64,000 nt of DNA from Octopus vulgaris (GCA_951406725.2 OX597830.1:13268001-13332000), one strand, 5' to 3'; positions 25,141-39,189 are shown, counted from the stretch's first letter. Translations and numbers: made by a program. Notes: generated by a model not told the origin, from the letters alone.

Positions 25141-26317
25141 TCAGTGAGGTTGAAAGAGCCATCGGCCCGATGAAAAACGGAAAGGCTCTAGGGAAAGACG
25201 GTATAACATCGGAGGTGCTAAAGTCAGGCAGAGAGCAGCTCTGGAAAATCCTCGCTGAGCGATTTACGCACTATCTAGACGAGGGAAGAATTCCCTCGCA
25301 GTGGAAAGAGTCAAATACCATCCTGCTGTATAAGAAGGGCGACAGAGAAGATCTAAAGAACTACCGACCCATATGCCTGCTGTTTCACGTGTACAAGCTG
25401 TTCACGAAGATAATTCTGAACAGGTTGTCACGTCGTCTCGACGAACAACAACCGAGGGAGCAAGCAGGCTTCCGGAAGAACTACAGCACAATGGACCATA
25501 TATTTGCTCTAACGCATCTGCTTGAGCGAGCAAATGAGTACAAGCTGCCTCTTTGCGTTGCGTTTGTAGACTATGAGAAGGCCTTCGATAGCGTCGAAAC
25601 CAACGCAGTGCTGAACTCGCTGCAGAGGCAAGGAATCGAAGCGCGATATGTGCAGCTGCTCAGAGAGGCAAATTCCGGATGCACCACCGACATAGCTCTA
25701 CTGTCATCACCCATACGAGTGCCGGTCAAGAAGGGAGTGAAGCAAGGAGATACAATCTCCCCAAAACTTTTCACTGCATGTCTCGAACAGATCATCAGAG
25801 GCATCGAATGGCAAGGTGGTGTCAACATCAATGGCGAGCTCCTCACTCACCTCCGTTTCGCTGACGACATCGTACTCATCGCTGAAAACATGGATCAGCT
25901 TCAGACCATGCTGACGGAGCTCGACATCAAAAGTTCTGCAGTAGGTCTCATGATGAACCGCATGAAAACAAAGTTCATGCGGTCAGACAATGTACCAACA
26001 GGTCGAATGGTGATCGGCAGTGATGAAATAGGGGAGGTGAGAGAATATGTCTGCCTGGGACAGGAAGTAAATATGTGCCGGGATATCAAAAAGGAGATCT
26101 CACGGAGAGTAAGGGACGGATGGAAGGCGTTCAATGGCATAAGGGATGTGCTCAAGGGAAGGTTGGACAGGACCACCCGGAAGACCTCCACGACGGAGGA
26201 GTGACGATTTCAAGAGGACGATTGGGATCACGTGGATGAGAAAGGCGCGATCCAGAGAGGAGTGGACAGCATGCTGTGACCAGCGGTGTCAAATGGACGC
26301 CTTACGGACTGGTCGGT

Positions 26318-26320
<3 letters not shown>
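25141..26320 (+). mobile_element. RTE-clade LINE, 5'-truncated, with an uninterrupted reverse transcriptase domain
   Basis: ORF to 26204 with KKGD...NYRPI, EQAGFR, FVDYEKAFDS, GVKQGDTISPKLF and LRFADD. It then jumps by internal deletion to the GRPP.R.SDD...W.R.A.SR..W tail. Flanked by (TA)n. Confidence 0.95.
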
Positions 26321-26355
<35 letters not shown>

Positions 26356-26438
26356 CAGAGATTTTCAGATTTTTGTATGCTAGGCTACTGGTTTTAAATT
26401 GTTATTAATTAAATTAATATTCAATTTATCTCCCTCAT

Positions 26439-26491
<53 letters not shown>

Positions 26492-26494
<3 letters not shown>

Positions 26495-26802
26495 CGCAAG
26501 AGTGGCTGTGTCGTAAGAAGCTTGCTTCCCAACGACATGGCACCGGGTTCAGTCCCACTGCATGGCACCTTGGGCAGGTGTCTTCTACTATATAGCCTCG
26601 GACCGACCAAAACCTTGTGAGTGGATTTGGTAGACGGAAACTGAAAGAAGCTCGTCATATATATATGTATATGTATGTATTTGCGTGTCTGTTTTTGTTC
26701 TCCCTAGGCTTACAAAGAATAAGTCCTGAGGGTCGATTAGTTCGGTTAAAGGCTCCAGCATGGCCGCAATCAAATGAATGAAACAAGGAAAGGAGTAAAA
26801 GA
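26492..26802 (+). mobile_element. SINE family A with internal deletion
   Basis: Head and tail present, middle shortened. Confidence 0.85.
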
Positions 26803-26843
26803 ATATAGATATATACACACACACACACAGACATCTATATATA

Positions 26844-26880
<37 letters not shown>

Positions 26881-26982
26881 GCATATATATACATATATAC
26901 ATACATATATACATATATATACTTATATATATACATATATATATATACAAATATATATACATACATATATGCATATATATAT

Positions 26983-27029
<47 letters not shown>

Positions 27030-27229
27030 TATATTCATATATATATATATATACATAAATATATATATATATATGTATACATATTTATATATGCATATAT
27101 ATAAACATACATATATATATATATATATATATAAACATATATGAATATATATATACATATATATATATATGTATATGCATATATATATCATATATATATA
27201 CATACACGCACGCACATATTTATATATAT

Positions 27230-27321
<92 letters not shown>

Positions 27322-27936
27322 TACACGCGCGCGCACACACACACTCACATTCATATTCACACAAATATATCGAATTATAAGTTAAAACACTCACTCCAAA
27401 CGAGTGTTTAGAACGGCTTAATTACATTACAGTAATGAGATTACTGCAGCAAGTCCTGGTGAAATTATACATAATTTGAAATAAAAGAAATTTGCTTCTC
27501 TCCTCAGCATTGATTGGTCCGCTAAGAACATTAACAACAATGGCTACTGTCTTTATACGAAACTTTGCAAAGCCATACAGTGTTTGGGAAATGAAGTAAA
27601 ATATGTGAGAGGAACGATAAGTCATACAATCAGAAAGCTAGGGTAAATTCCACATGCGTAGAGAGACCCTGATTTTTGTTCTAAGATTTTATTCATGATT
27701 ACGACCACAGACTCGTCTTATAAATCGCAGAACACTCTGACACCTGTATTAAATACATGGCAGCTATTTAACTTTAGGGGTCAGCTCCGAACCAAAAGGT
27801 TCAAAGTTGGCATTTTAGACATAGTTGCAGATATTAGTTTCCGTAAATACTTTGACCGTTTTCAGAATAAACGTACAAAGTATATTAGAATCATGAAGAT
27901 CTCCAGAAGTAATTTTTTTCATTATAAAATAACTTT

Positions 27937-28376
27937 GGATCTTTTCGGTTTGAACGGCAGTTTTTAACATAATTTCTAGGTAACTAAAAAATTTTAAACT
28001 TCGTATACTGGTAGAATGTGTTTATAAAACATCTTTTTCTCTTGGCTTTATTGAGAAAATTCTATAGTTTGTAAGATATTTGTTGTTTTTTTTTTCTTCA
28101 ATTTCTGCAATTTCAACCAATCAGTGACGTCTGTTGAGGTAAACAACATTCTGTATCGTATGAATATGCCCCTCGTTTAAGAAACAGATTGGGTTTATCT
28201 ACATTTGTGAAGAAAAAAAGATACCCTTCCCCCACTCTTAACCCTAACCCTAACCCTAACTAACCCTAACCATAAAAGAGATTGAAATGCAATAGATCGA
28301 TACTAGGGTCATAATTATGGGTGACAATTTCATATGAAACCGCTAGAAAAAACTGCCGTTCAAACCGAAAAGATCC
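27937..28376. mobile_element. MITE with 29-bp TIRs, ~8-bp TSD and internal telomere-like repeats
   Basis: GGATCTTTTCGGTTTGAACGGCAGTTTTT...AAAAACTGCCGTTCAAACCGAAAAGATCC; flanks ATAACTTT / CTAACTTT; (TAACCC)n at ~28238-28272. Confidence 0.9.
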
Positions 28377-28751
28377 CTAACTTTTATAAAAACATATAAT
28401 GACATATATAACAAATTATTGAATATCCGAGCTAAGAAATAGAAATATGCGTATACATATGATGTATAAATATACACACACATTTAAATGTGCATGTAGG
28501 TATTTGTGTGTGTGTGTGTGTGTGTATAATTACACGTGTGTGTGTGTGTTGGCGGGGTAGGGGGTTAAAATAGCGAACGGAATATTACAAGTAATGTCGA
28601 ATAATGAAATAATATTAATAAGAAAGCCAATGCAGTGCGTTTCACAATTTGTATAAATTTTTTAAACAGTTCAAGAAAATGTGTGTATATTCTTTAACGG
28701 ATTTACAATATATGTGTATTGTGAAATGAAGTGAATGGAGGCTTTGTTATC

Positions 28752-28886
<135 letters not shown>

Positions 28887-28954
28887 GAGTAAACACATAA
28901 ATGTGAAACAAGGTGGAAAAAAGAGTACTCAAATACCAGTGGTAGAGTAATATG

Positions 28955-29015
28955 CTTTATTTTAAGCAGCAGAAAATTCAACAAATTTGTTGAATTTTCT
29001 GCTGCTTAAAATAAA

Positions 29016-29016
<1 letters not shown>
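28955..29016. repeat. Perfect 62-bp palindrome (31-bp arms, no spacer)
   Basis: CTTTATTTTAAGCAGCAGAAAATTCAACAAA|TTTGTTGAATTTTCTGCTGCTTAAAATAAAG. Confidence 0.95.
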
Positions 29017-29051
<35 letters not shown>

Positions 29052-29483
29052 CTAATGTAGGATAAATGTAGTTATAAATTTAATAGTGTTCACTTCCGGA
29101 TTCTCTCACTCTGTGAAAGTTTCTAGTTCGAATCACACGTGTCTCAGGATGTGCCGAAGTCTTTCTATTTTGGATATATTTGGGGTACTTAGGTCTGCTC
29201 AGGACTTAGTGCTTGCTTTTTCCATGGGTATGAGTACGTATTTCATATATATCTCACGTATTTATCGCTGAACAAGGGAAAATTCTTATGAATTAACCCC
29301 GAAATTGGGACCAATACGGTAATAATGGATTTGTTAGAAATTTCTATCGGTTTATTTCCAGACGCATAAATTATAATGGTGATTGACAATTTTGTCTTTT
29401 TTCGGCATATTTGGCAATAGAATTTTTCTTTTGCCCTTATTTTGTAAATTATATATATATATATATATATATAGAGTAGAGAG

Positions 29484-29515
<32 letters not shown>

Positions 29516-29534
29516 AGAGAGAGAGAGAGAGAGA

Positions 29535-29571
<37 letters not shown>

Positions 29572-29572
<1 letters not shown>

Positions 29573-29757
29573 AAGACTTTACGACAAAAAACAAAAGACG
29601 AAGACAGGTGGTGTACAAAACAAACAGATGTATTAGTATAACGCTCAGGAATAGAAAACGTCTTTTATGTTTCGAGCCTACGGTCTTCTACAGAAAGGGA
29701 CACAGAAAAAACAAGGAGAGAAAAAAAAGTGTGTAGTGGCTAACGATCTATCATGGT
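29572..29757 (-). mobile_element. Hammerhead-bearing element family H2 (degenerate motif 29662-29697)
   Basis: Minus strand CUUU-CUGUAGA-A-GACC(GUAG)GCUC-GAAACAUA-AAAG; homologous to 31245-31403. Confidence 0.65.
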
Positions 29758-30722
29758 GTAATGTATGTGTGTGTATATATATATATATATGTAAAAAAAT
29801 ACAAACTGTGACAAGAACGCAAAACATTTAGAAGACGATACAAAAAACACGGACGGGACATACGAAGCCTTCAATCTTCAGTCAAGAACCGGATCATCCT
29901 CGCAATTTCGGCTGATTAATCTTGAGATTGCTCCGACCTGGCCAGCCCCAAAGGAAAATCTAAGCTAAGCGCATTAGATTCCTTGGAAGAAAGCGTCGAA
30001 TGTATACAACACAGGGACGGAAAACGGACGATGTTACACGAATAAGAATACAAAAATACGTAAAAGCAATAATGATAATAATAATAACGAAAACAGGACG
30101 TCACAGACAGGCGTCTTTTTGACAGGACGAGTAAACTTTGAGCTGGCGTGTTAGAAAAATGCCTTAGGGCAGAGAGAGAAAAAAATGTGTCTTGCCGCGA
30201 CGACTGCTAACCACGAAAGGCCGGCAATCGGTCAGTTAGTCACGTGTGAGGAGAAGAGAGAGGAAAAGAGGGACAGATGAAGAGAGAAAAAAGGGGAACA
30301 AGAAACAAAGGAGGAGGAGAAGAGAGAGAGAGAGAAAGAGACAGATCAAAGTGGAGTGCAAAGTGTGAAAGGCAGAGAAATGTAGGAGAGCGGGGAGAGA
30401 GACAGTGTTATAGAGTCGTACCATATATATATACGTGTGTGTGCGTATGTATGTGTGTTTCTTCACACGCATAATAACAAATAACAAATTCACTGTTACA
30501 AAGATAAGCACAGTGTGTGTAAGTAGCCACGATATTTTTGGTTTCATATCTACGCATCCCCATGATATAACGCTCAGATAAGTAACTGAATATATTTGTA
30601 CATGGCTTTACGAACCCAGTTTCCACCGTCTTTCCAAATGGGGTACCGTAAATACACCATATTTAAGAAACACATTTAGACAAGTTTTACACTTACAAGC
30701 ATTTATGTATGAGTATATATAC

Positions 30723-30783
<61 letters not shown>

Positions 30784-31244
30784 TATTAATAAGGGTTTTT
30801 TGCAACAAGTTGCTTAAACCACATACCGAAAATATCAGAAATAGCAGCAGTCAAAGGGGTACCATTTCTTTTACTATAAAAATAAGTCTCCACAAACAAC
30901 AGTATTTGTAACTCACATATGGTAAAAGAAGAAGAAAATACCGAAATACTACTAGGTGAAATTTTTGATTTTATTAAATTAATTATATTTCACCCTTTAT
31001 CTGTATGTATATATATATATATACTAGGGTACTACATAGAAGTCAAAATACTTCCAAGCCACGGAAGAATCACAAAATTAATACAGGTATAATAAGAAAA
31101 AGTTTTAGTGAACAACAATAGCGTCCACCAAGAAAGCAAGAGTAATGCAGGTTAATTTGATATCATGATTTCGAATTTAGCGCCAAAGGTGCCTGAGTCT
31201 CCTCTGTCAAATCTTCCAGTGACGGCTACTAGAATCTTATAAGT

Positions 31245-31580
<336 letters not shown>

Positions 31581-31993
31581 AACTTTTATTTTTGTAACAT
31601 TTTATCTTATTTGAATTTTTATCTGAATTATGGCTTGTACTGTAGTCCAGCGAAACTAATTTAAACACACCTATTTTACACACACTTAAGGGCTTTAATA
31701 AATTAAAATGTAGTTTATTGTTTTGAACGTTGATAAAGTGATATAAGGGCCTGATGATCGGGGTTGAATTTTGAGAGGGGTTCCAGGGAAACACGGAATG
31801 GTTTAGGAACTCGAGGATGTACCTCATGAAACACGTGTTGCCAAGGAATAAAACAGTAGGTATTTAAAATAAAAATATAAATTCTTTTTATTTGGTGAGA
31901 AGTAGGGGTCTGCTATCTCTAAATTAAAATATATTTCTTCATTGAGAATAATTTGAACCTCTGTTATGCCGGAATTGTTATTCCCTAAAAATA

Positions 31994-32061
<68 letters not shown>

Positions 32062-32170
32062 ACACACACAAGGATGAGCACTTAGGTGCAAAACAAGGTG
32101 GCAAAAATGAGTACTCGAATACCAATGGTAGAGTAATATACTTCTTATGAAAGCTGCAAAATTATCAGAG

Positions 32171-32212
32171 AACTGTTACTCAGAGTTTCACGTTCCCGTT
32201 CTTCGGACAGTT
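32171..32212 (-). ncRNA. Type I hammerhead ribozyme (U4C variant) in element ~32070-32215 (family H3)
   Basis: AACUGU-CCGAAGA-ACG(GGAA)CGU-GAAA-CUC-U-GAG-UA-ACAGUU; all three stems pair. Confidence 0.78.
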
Positions 32213-32429
32213 GTGATGAAAACTGAATTAAGCTTGTTCAGGTACTTGTAATATAATGTGATGTAATTCAAATACGCGAATGAGCAATTAAATTTGATTG
32301 GATGATTGTTTTCAAAACATAACGGTTACTAGTTGTGTGTTGGAGGTGTTTTTGAAAATAGACCAGTGATGTCTACATGAAAATAAATATTGTGAAGCGA
32401 CCAAAAAAACCTTTCATGGAACGTTTTAT

Positions 32430-33948
32430 GCAGACGATGAGACAGGCGAGCTGGCAGAATTGTTAGCATGCTGGACAAAATGCTTAGCGGTATTTTGTCT
32501 GCGGTTACATTCTGAGTTCAAATTCCGCCGAGGTCGACTCTGCCTTTCATCCTTTCGGTGTCGATTAAATAAGTACCAGTTACGCACTGGGGTCGATATA
32601 ATCAACTTAATCCGTTTGTCTGTCCTCGTTTGTCCCTTCTGTGTTTAGCCCCTTGTGGGTTGTAAAGAAATAGATGAGACAGCTTTCTATTCAATTTGAT
32701 ATCCGTAATGTGACTATTCATAATTATTTGCAGAAGCTAGGATTAGTTTCAAAGATGAGAAAATGGGTCCCTCGTTTCCTTTCAGCAGTAAATCATCAAC
32801 AAATGATTGGCTGCTGTGAATTACTCCTTACATATTACCGGCAAACATCTTCAAACCGCTTGGTTTTTGGAGATTAGAAATAGATTCCTTACAGCGACAT
32901 TGGTTTCAAATTTTAGCTCGAGAACAGCAATTTTGGTGAAAGGATTAATTCGATTACTTCGACTCCGGTGCTGAACTGGTACTTATTTTATTGACCCCGA
33001 AAAGATGAAGGGCAAAGCGGAATTGAACTTAGGACGCAAAAACAGACAAAATACCTATTTCTTTATTACCCACAAGGGGCTAAACATAGAGAGGACAAAC
33101 AAGGACAGACAAACGGATTAAGTCGATTAGATCGACTCCAGTGCGTAACTGGTACTTAATTTATCGACCCCGAAAGGATGAAAGGCAAAGTCGACCTCGG
33201 CGGAATTTGAACTCACAACGTAACGACAGACAAGATACCGCTTAGCATTTTGCCCGATTTTGCTAACGATTTTGCTAACGATTTTGCTAACGATTCGGCT
33301 AGTTCGTTGCCTTTCTTTACAGCAATAATGAATTCAAGAGTTCAAAACCCTGCACCATACACTTGAGAGAAGCTTCAGCAAAAGAATATTTTGTTGAGTG
33401 CTTGGTGCGATATGGAAGGAAATTATGAGCCTTTAGGGTAGAATAAAACAATCACTCCTGAAGAATACTATTAGCAAATTCGTTGTTTGAAGACTGCTTT
33501 GGATAGCAAACGCCCTGCTTTAATAAATCACAGAGGCTTTCTCTTTCATCAAGATAATGCTCGACCTCCCACGGTACAGGTCTCCCAAAAATGTTCTAGA
33601 ATAGCCCGAATCGAAGAAAATACTACACCCTCTATAATCTCATGACCTTGCTCTACTAGACTTCCACTTATCTAGATCTTTGCAAAACTGTTTAGACGAG
33701 AAAAGTATGGCCAGCAGGGAAGGCAGAGAAAATGAATTAAATATATATTTTAATTCATGATTTAATTAAATATATATTTTATTCAAAAGGAAATTTTCAA
33801 ATCACGCATTCAAAAACTTACAATTAGATGGGGAGAAATTACAGAAAATGAAGGAAATTATATAGATGATTAAATTTTCAGTATTAAATATCATGTTTGT
33901 ATTCTCAATAACTGCTAAAAACTGGACAGAATTTTCTATACAACCTAT
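32430..33948 (+). mobile_element. Degenerate mariner interrupted by SINE B copies
   Basis: QTMRQL...KWVP...GD; LLSAW.DM; FHQDNARP; S.DLA..DFHL; 3' TIR-like end at ~33948. SINE B at 32445-32672 has TSD GATGAGACA; further SINE B copies at ~32900-33312 (-). Confidence 0.8.
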
Positions 33949-33949
33949 A

Positions 33950-34234
33950 TACATATGTGTATGTATATATGTATGTATGCATGCATGCATGTATATATGC
34001 ATGTATGTATGTATGTATGTATGTATGTATGTATGTATGTATGTATGTATGTATGTATGTATGTATGTGTATGTATGTATGTATGTATGTATGTATGTAT
34101 GTATGTATGTATGTATGTATGTATGTATGTATGTATGTATGTGTGTATGTGTGTATGTATGTATGTATGTATGTATATGTATATATATGTATATATATAT
34201 GTATATATGTGAGTATATATAGTACGTATGTATA

Positions 34235-34290
<56 letters not shown>

Positions 34291-34471
34291 TTGATAGATT
34301 TATATGTATATATATCTATATATATATATTCATATATCATATTTAAATATGTAGATATATTGCATATAGATAAGTATGAATGTATATGTATATACATACA
34401 TACATACATACATACATAATACATACATATGTATGTATGTATATATGTATGCATGTATATATGTGTATGTA

Positions 34472-34523
<52 letters not shown>

Positions 34524-34713
34524 CATATATATATATATATATACACGTGCATATCTTTAATATATGTATATCAGGGAATATGCACATCTATCTATATACG
34601 CATATAGACATATATATGTAGGTATGTGTATGTATGTATGTATGTGTGTATGTGTATGTATGTGTGTGTGCATGTATACATACATACATATATATATATG
34701 CATATATATATAT

Positions 34714-34764
<51 letters not shown>

Positions 34765-34990
34765 ATATTCATATATACTTTCATACATAATACATGCATA
34801 CATAAATATGTATGTATGTATTATGTTTGAATGTATATATATATTATGTATGAATGTATATATATATATATATATATATACATTCATACATAATAATATA
34901 TATATATATACATTCAAACACAATACATGCATACATAAATATGTATGTATGTATGTATATATATATATATATATATATATTCACATATAT
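33950..34990. repeat. Compound (TATG)n/(TA)n/(CT)n microsatellite block
   Basis: Direct inspection. Confidence 0.95.
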
Positions 34991-35089
34991 TCTGAAAGTA
35001 ATGCATAACTCGTTCAAGTTGCCTGTGTCGGTAGAATAACTAACTCTTCCCGTTTAGTAACTCTTTTTTCCTGTTCTTCATAGCAGGCA

Positions 35090-35520
35090 AAACAATTGGT
35101 TCCAAGCTGAAGCAATGTGCCGTCATTCAGGAAAGAGGTGTGCAATGCACAAATTCTCTAACATCCAAAGAAGGTTACGTGTTGTTTACAGGATGACTCC
35201 ATTGACAGCAGTAATGTACACATATAAATGAAAAAGTTTCAATGAAACCAGCGTTGAAAGCGAGCCATTTAGTGGGATTCGATCAGCTCCGATCACCGTC
35301 ACAAATCGCCAGCGAGTGGACGGAATGATTCACGTGCATCGATGAGTCAAAATGCGGGAGTTTGCTGCACAGCTAGATTGTCGTCAGAAAGCATTAGAGA
35401 AGATCGTGGGGGATATTTTGGTATCAGAAAGTGTGAGTATCTTGATAGCTGACGCCCGATTCATATGAGAGAAGGGCGAAAGTCTGCATTTGAAGCCAGT
35501 GGAAGCACTTTTTCTTCCGA
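35090..35520 (+). mobile_element. Highly degenerate mariner N-terminal relic
   Basis: Frameshifted HTH-like segments (I.RRL..VY..., TSVESE, RVDGMI, LTP). Confidence 0.5.
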
Positions 35521-36371
35521 TCTCGTGATAGGGGATAAAGCATGGGCGAATTATAGGTTGGCTAACCACTAAGGGTGGGTGTTACTGTAGCTTTTAGCCC
35601 CAGGAGATGATCGTCTGCAAAATGTGGGATTAGTTAGGAATCTAAATCGTAGGAGACGGACACACAACTTCATTATTGAATTATAGGTTATCATAACTCT
35701 AAGACATTAATAACCTATAGTTCCCCTACCACTTAAACTTCAACATGAATAACTTTTGACATTTATTTTACCCCTTCCTATATCTATAAATAGAAAAAAT
35801 TCTTTGTCTCCATCCAACCAAAAATCCCTCCATCCCCACTAACAGATCTAAATAACTAAAGGAAAAAATCTATAGTAAGAAGGTAAATTTTAATACTATC
35901 ATGTTCTTAACAATCAAATCGACCTCTCTGTCTGTATATCTGCCCTCTTTATAATGTTGGCAAACGAAATGAAAATAAGGATAGGTATTGTCCGTTTGAT
36001 GGAAGACTTCTATAAATGGCTGAAGATTGCTCAACATTTTAAAACTGATGTAATACTTACAATGTTTAATAAAATGAAGTGGCATTAAACGACCGTACCA
36101 AATTACCGAAGATATACTTGTTGCTTATTTGGATATATTTATATATATATATATATATATACCAAAAGAGGCCGATAAAATAGGTACCAGGCTAATAAAA
36201 AACTACTGGGGTTGATTCATTCGACTAAAAATCCTTGAAGGCGGTGCCCAAATAAGTAACAGATGAAAGACATACGTGTGTGTGTATGCGTGCGTGTGTG
36301 TGCGCGTGCGCGTGTCTGTATGTGTGTGCATAATATATACATATGTATATATGTATATATTCATACATATG

Positions 36372-36446
<75 letters not shown>

Positions 36447-36598
36447 CTATCCGATGATACTCAATCCATACTTTAATACACCATTACATATGAGTAAAGG
36501 CAATATATAAAATGAAATGAGATACACAGTAATAGTAAAAGTAAAAAGATAAAGAGATATAAGTAAAAAAATTTTCAAATATAATATGCAAATAAATC

Positions 36599-36714
36599 AA
36601 AACTGACAGCTGTTTCGGCAGTGAGGACAGTCATACCTCATTTAACCTATAAGCCATAAAGGCAGGTATAAATGAGGCATTAACAAGGATGCCCCACGGC
36701 CTCTTCAGAGAATT
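36599..36714 (-). ncRNA. Hammerhead ribozyme with 85-nt extended stem II
   Basis: CUGAAGA-GGC...GCC-GAAACAGCUGUC; palindromic ACAGCUGU stem III; long hairpin in stem II; stem I weak. Confidence 0.75.
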
Positions 36715-37066
36715 AAATTAAATTTGTTATAATAGTGAAAAATATTATATAATCATATACATATAAATATAAAAATATAAAAATGTAAAATATAAAAACT
36801 TATACATCATAATGCTACACTTATATAATATAATACACATTTGTACAAAAAGGAAGGTAAACAGAACAAAATAAAACAAAATATATAACAGTGTATATAT
36901 TAATATTAATAAGTACCGATATTATACATATTTGGCTAATAGTTTTTTTTATAAAAAAAAAAAAAAAAAAAAAGGGCTAACACATATGGAGATGAAAAAT
37001 AATAATTAAATCCGTGGTACAGTTCATAAAATTCTAAAGCTATAAAAGTTAATAAAAATTACTATT

Positions 37067-37122
<56 letters not shown>

Positions 37123-37210
37123 TAATAATAATAAAAAAATAAAAAAATACTAAAAATAGATACAGTTAAGTTAGCACCAAGTCCATCCTATCAAGATCGA
37201 AATAATATAG

Positions 37211-37281
<71 letters not shown>

Positions 37282-37724
37282 CTTAAATATATATATATAT
37301 ATATGTATATCTATGTATACATGCACACACACACACACATACATATATATATTGTCGCATTTCGGGATGGTCATCTTTCTTTTTGCCAAATAAGCACTTG
37401 CACTATATAATTTTTCACTCATTTATTACTTTTCTTTATTATTTTAACTCATGTCCATTCTCCAGAAATCTTTCATCACACATCTGTGACCTCTTCAGCG
37501 ACACATTTCGTTTTCATGTGTGTTCTTGCTCCACTTACTCCATTCTGTTCCTCTAAGCAGTGTTCCCTTATGACCATCCCGAAATACTTAGCAGTTCGGC
37601 AAAAGAGACCGATAGAATAAGTACTTGCCTTACAAAGAATAAGTCTTGGGGTCGATTTGCTCGACTAAAGGCGGTGCTGCAGCATGGCTGCAATCAAATG
37701 GCTGAGACAAGTAAAAGAATATAC

Positions 37725-38280
37725 ATGTATGTATGTATGTATGTATGTATGTATGTATGTATGTATGTATGTATGTATGTATGTATGTATGTATGTATGT
37801 ACGTACGTATATACGTATGTATGTACGTGTGTATGTATGTATGTATGTATGTATGTACGTATGTATGTATGTACGTATGTATGTATGTATGTATGTATGT
37901 ATATATGTATGTACGTACGTACGTATGTATGTATGTATGTATGTATGTATGTATGTATGTATGTATGTATGTATGTATGCATGTATGCATGTATGTATGT
38001 ATGTACGTATGTATATATGCATGCATGCATGTACGTATGTATGTATGTATGTATGTATGTATGTATGTATGTATGTATGTATGTATGTATGTATGTATGC
38101 ATGTATGCATGTATGTATGTATGTACGTATGTATGTATGCATGCATGCATGTACGTATGTATGTATGTATGTATGTATGTATGTATGTATGTATGTATGT
38201 ATGCATGCATGTATGTATGTATGTATGTATGTATGTATGTATGTATGTATGTATGTATGTATGTATGTATGTATGTATGT
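37725..38280. repeat. (TATG)n array
   Basis: Direct inspection; follows a SINE A 3' fragment at 37585-37720. Confidence 0.97.
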
Positions 38281-38591
38281 TTGTATATAGAGATTGTTTG
38301 AAGTGGTGTACAAACTTTACACTCTAAGAAAAGGAAGTTAGTCAGAATTTGGATAAAAACTCCCTATTTAGTGCTTTCATCCCTTTCAGGAATCCATCAC
38401 GAATGATTTCTTATAGCAAATTCGTACCTTTTATATAAATGTGAGTTACTTGAAAAAAATCTAGAGTTGAACATAATTTCTTGGGTTTTGGAAAGAGGAC
38501 GTTTTGGGAGTGGTTGTGTAAGAGATAAAGGGGAGAGGGAAGAGGAAAGTGGAGAAAGATGGTCACAGGACACACATGCATATACATAGAA

Positions 38592-38810
38592 CAGTGCTTT
38601 TCAAACTTTTTGCTGGAGCGGAACCCCAAGGAAACATTCCACTGGCTCGAGGAACCCCTGTGCAATAATTTAATGGTCTTATGCACACATATCTGCACAG
38701 GAGAATTAACAATTACTGCCGATTTTAGCAGTTTTGTAACTTCTTGCGGAACACCTGGACTGTACGGGCGGAACCCTAAGGTTCCGCGGAACCCTGGTTG
38801 AAAACCACTG
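38592..38810. mobile_element. hAT-type MITE
   Basis: CAGTGCTTTTCAA...TTGAAAACCACTG TIRs; 8-bp TSD ACATAGAA / ACATAGAC. Confidence 0.88.
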
Positions 38811-39189
38811 ACATAGACACACGCATTTGTATGGCTATATATACATGTAGAGGTGCCATGAATTCGACCTTGAGCACAGTCATTTGTCATTTGCAGATAT
38901 GCCTGGAGCAAGTCTAATATGGGCCGCCTGATGAGTAACTGGACCTGAATTTGTTATAATTTTTAGTGAGATATGTTGTAATAAGTTTGTCAAAAATGAC
39001 ATCAACGATAACGCCAACTCTGTGTTAGAATGTGAATCGAAGAAGGAACACTAAAATCCCAAGTAGATTACATGGAAGCGTTTAATTAATCTAATGCCTC
39101 ATTAGGAATAGTCGTATATTTAGATCAAGTAATATTTAATGTAAATGTATGTATGCATATATGTATGGATGTCTTCTAAATGTATGTAT

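Noticed and set aside
28238-28272. Telomere or chromosome-fusion remnant
   Set aside because: The repeats are internal to a MITE present in two copies.
30605-30655. Minus-strand GAAAC...UUC with flanking UUUACG/CGUAAA pairing
   Set aside because: No CUGANGA core.
31752-31800. CTGATGA...GAAA hammerhead-like core
   Set aside because: Stems I, II and III do not pair convincingly.
37462-37504. Minus-strand CUGAAGA-GGUCACA(GAUG)UGUGAU-GAAA motif
   Set aside because: Stem II is good but stem I has no partner, so it is counted only as a weak relic and not listed as a feature.
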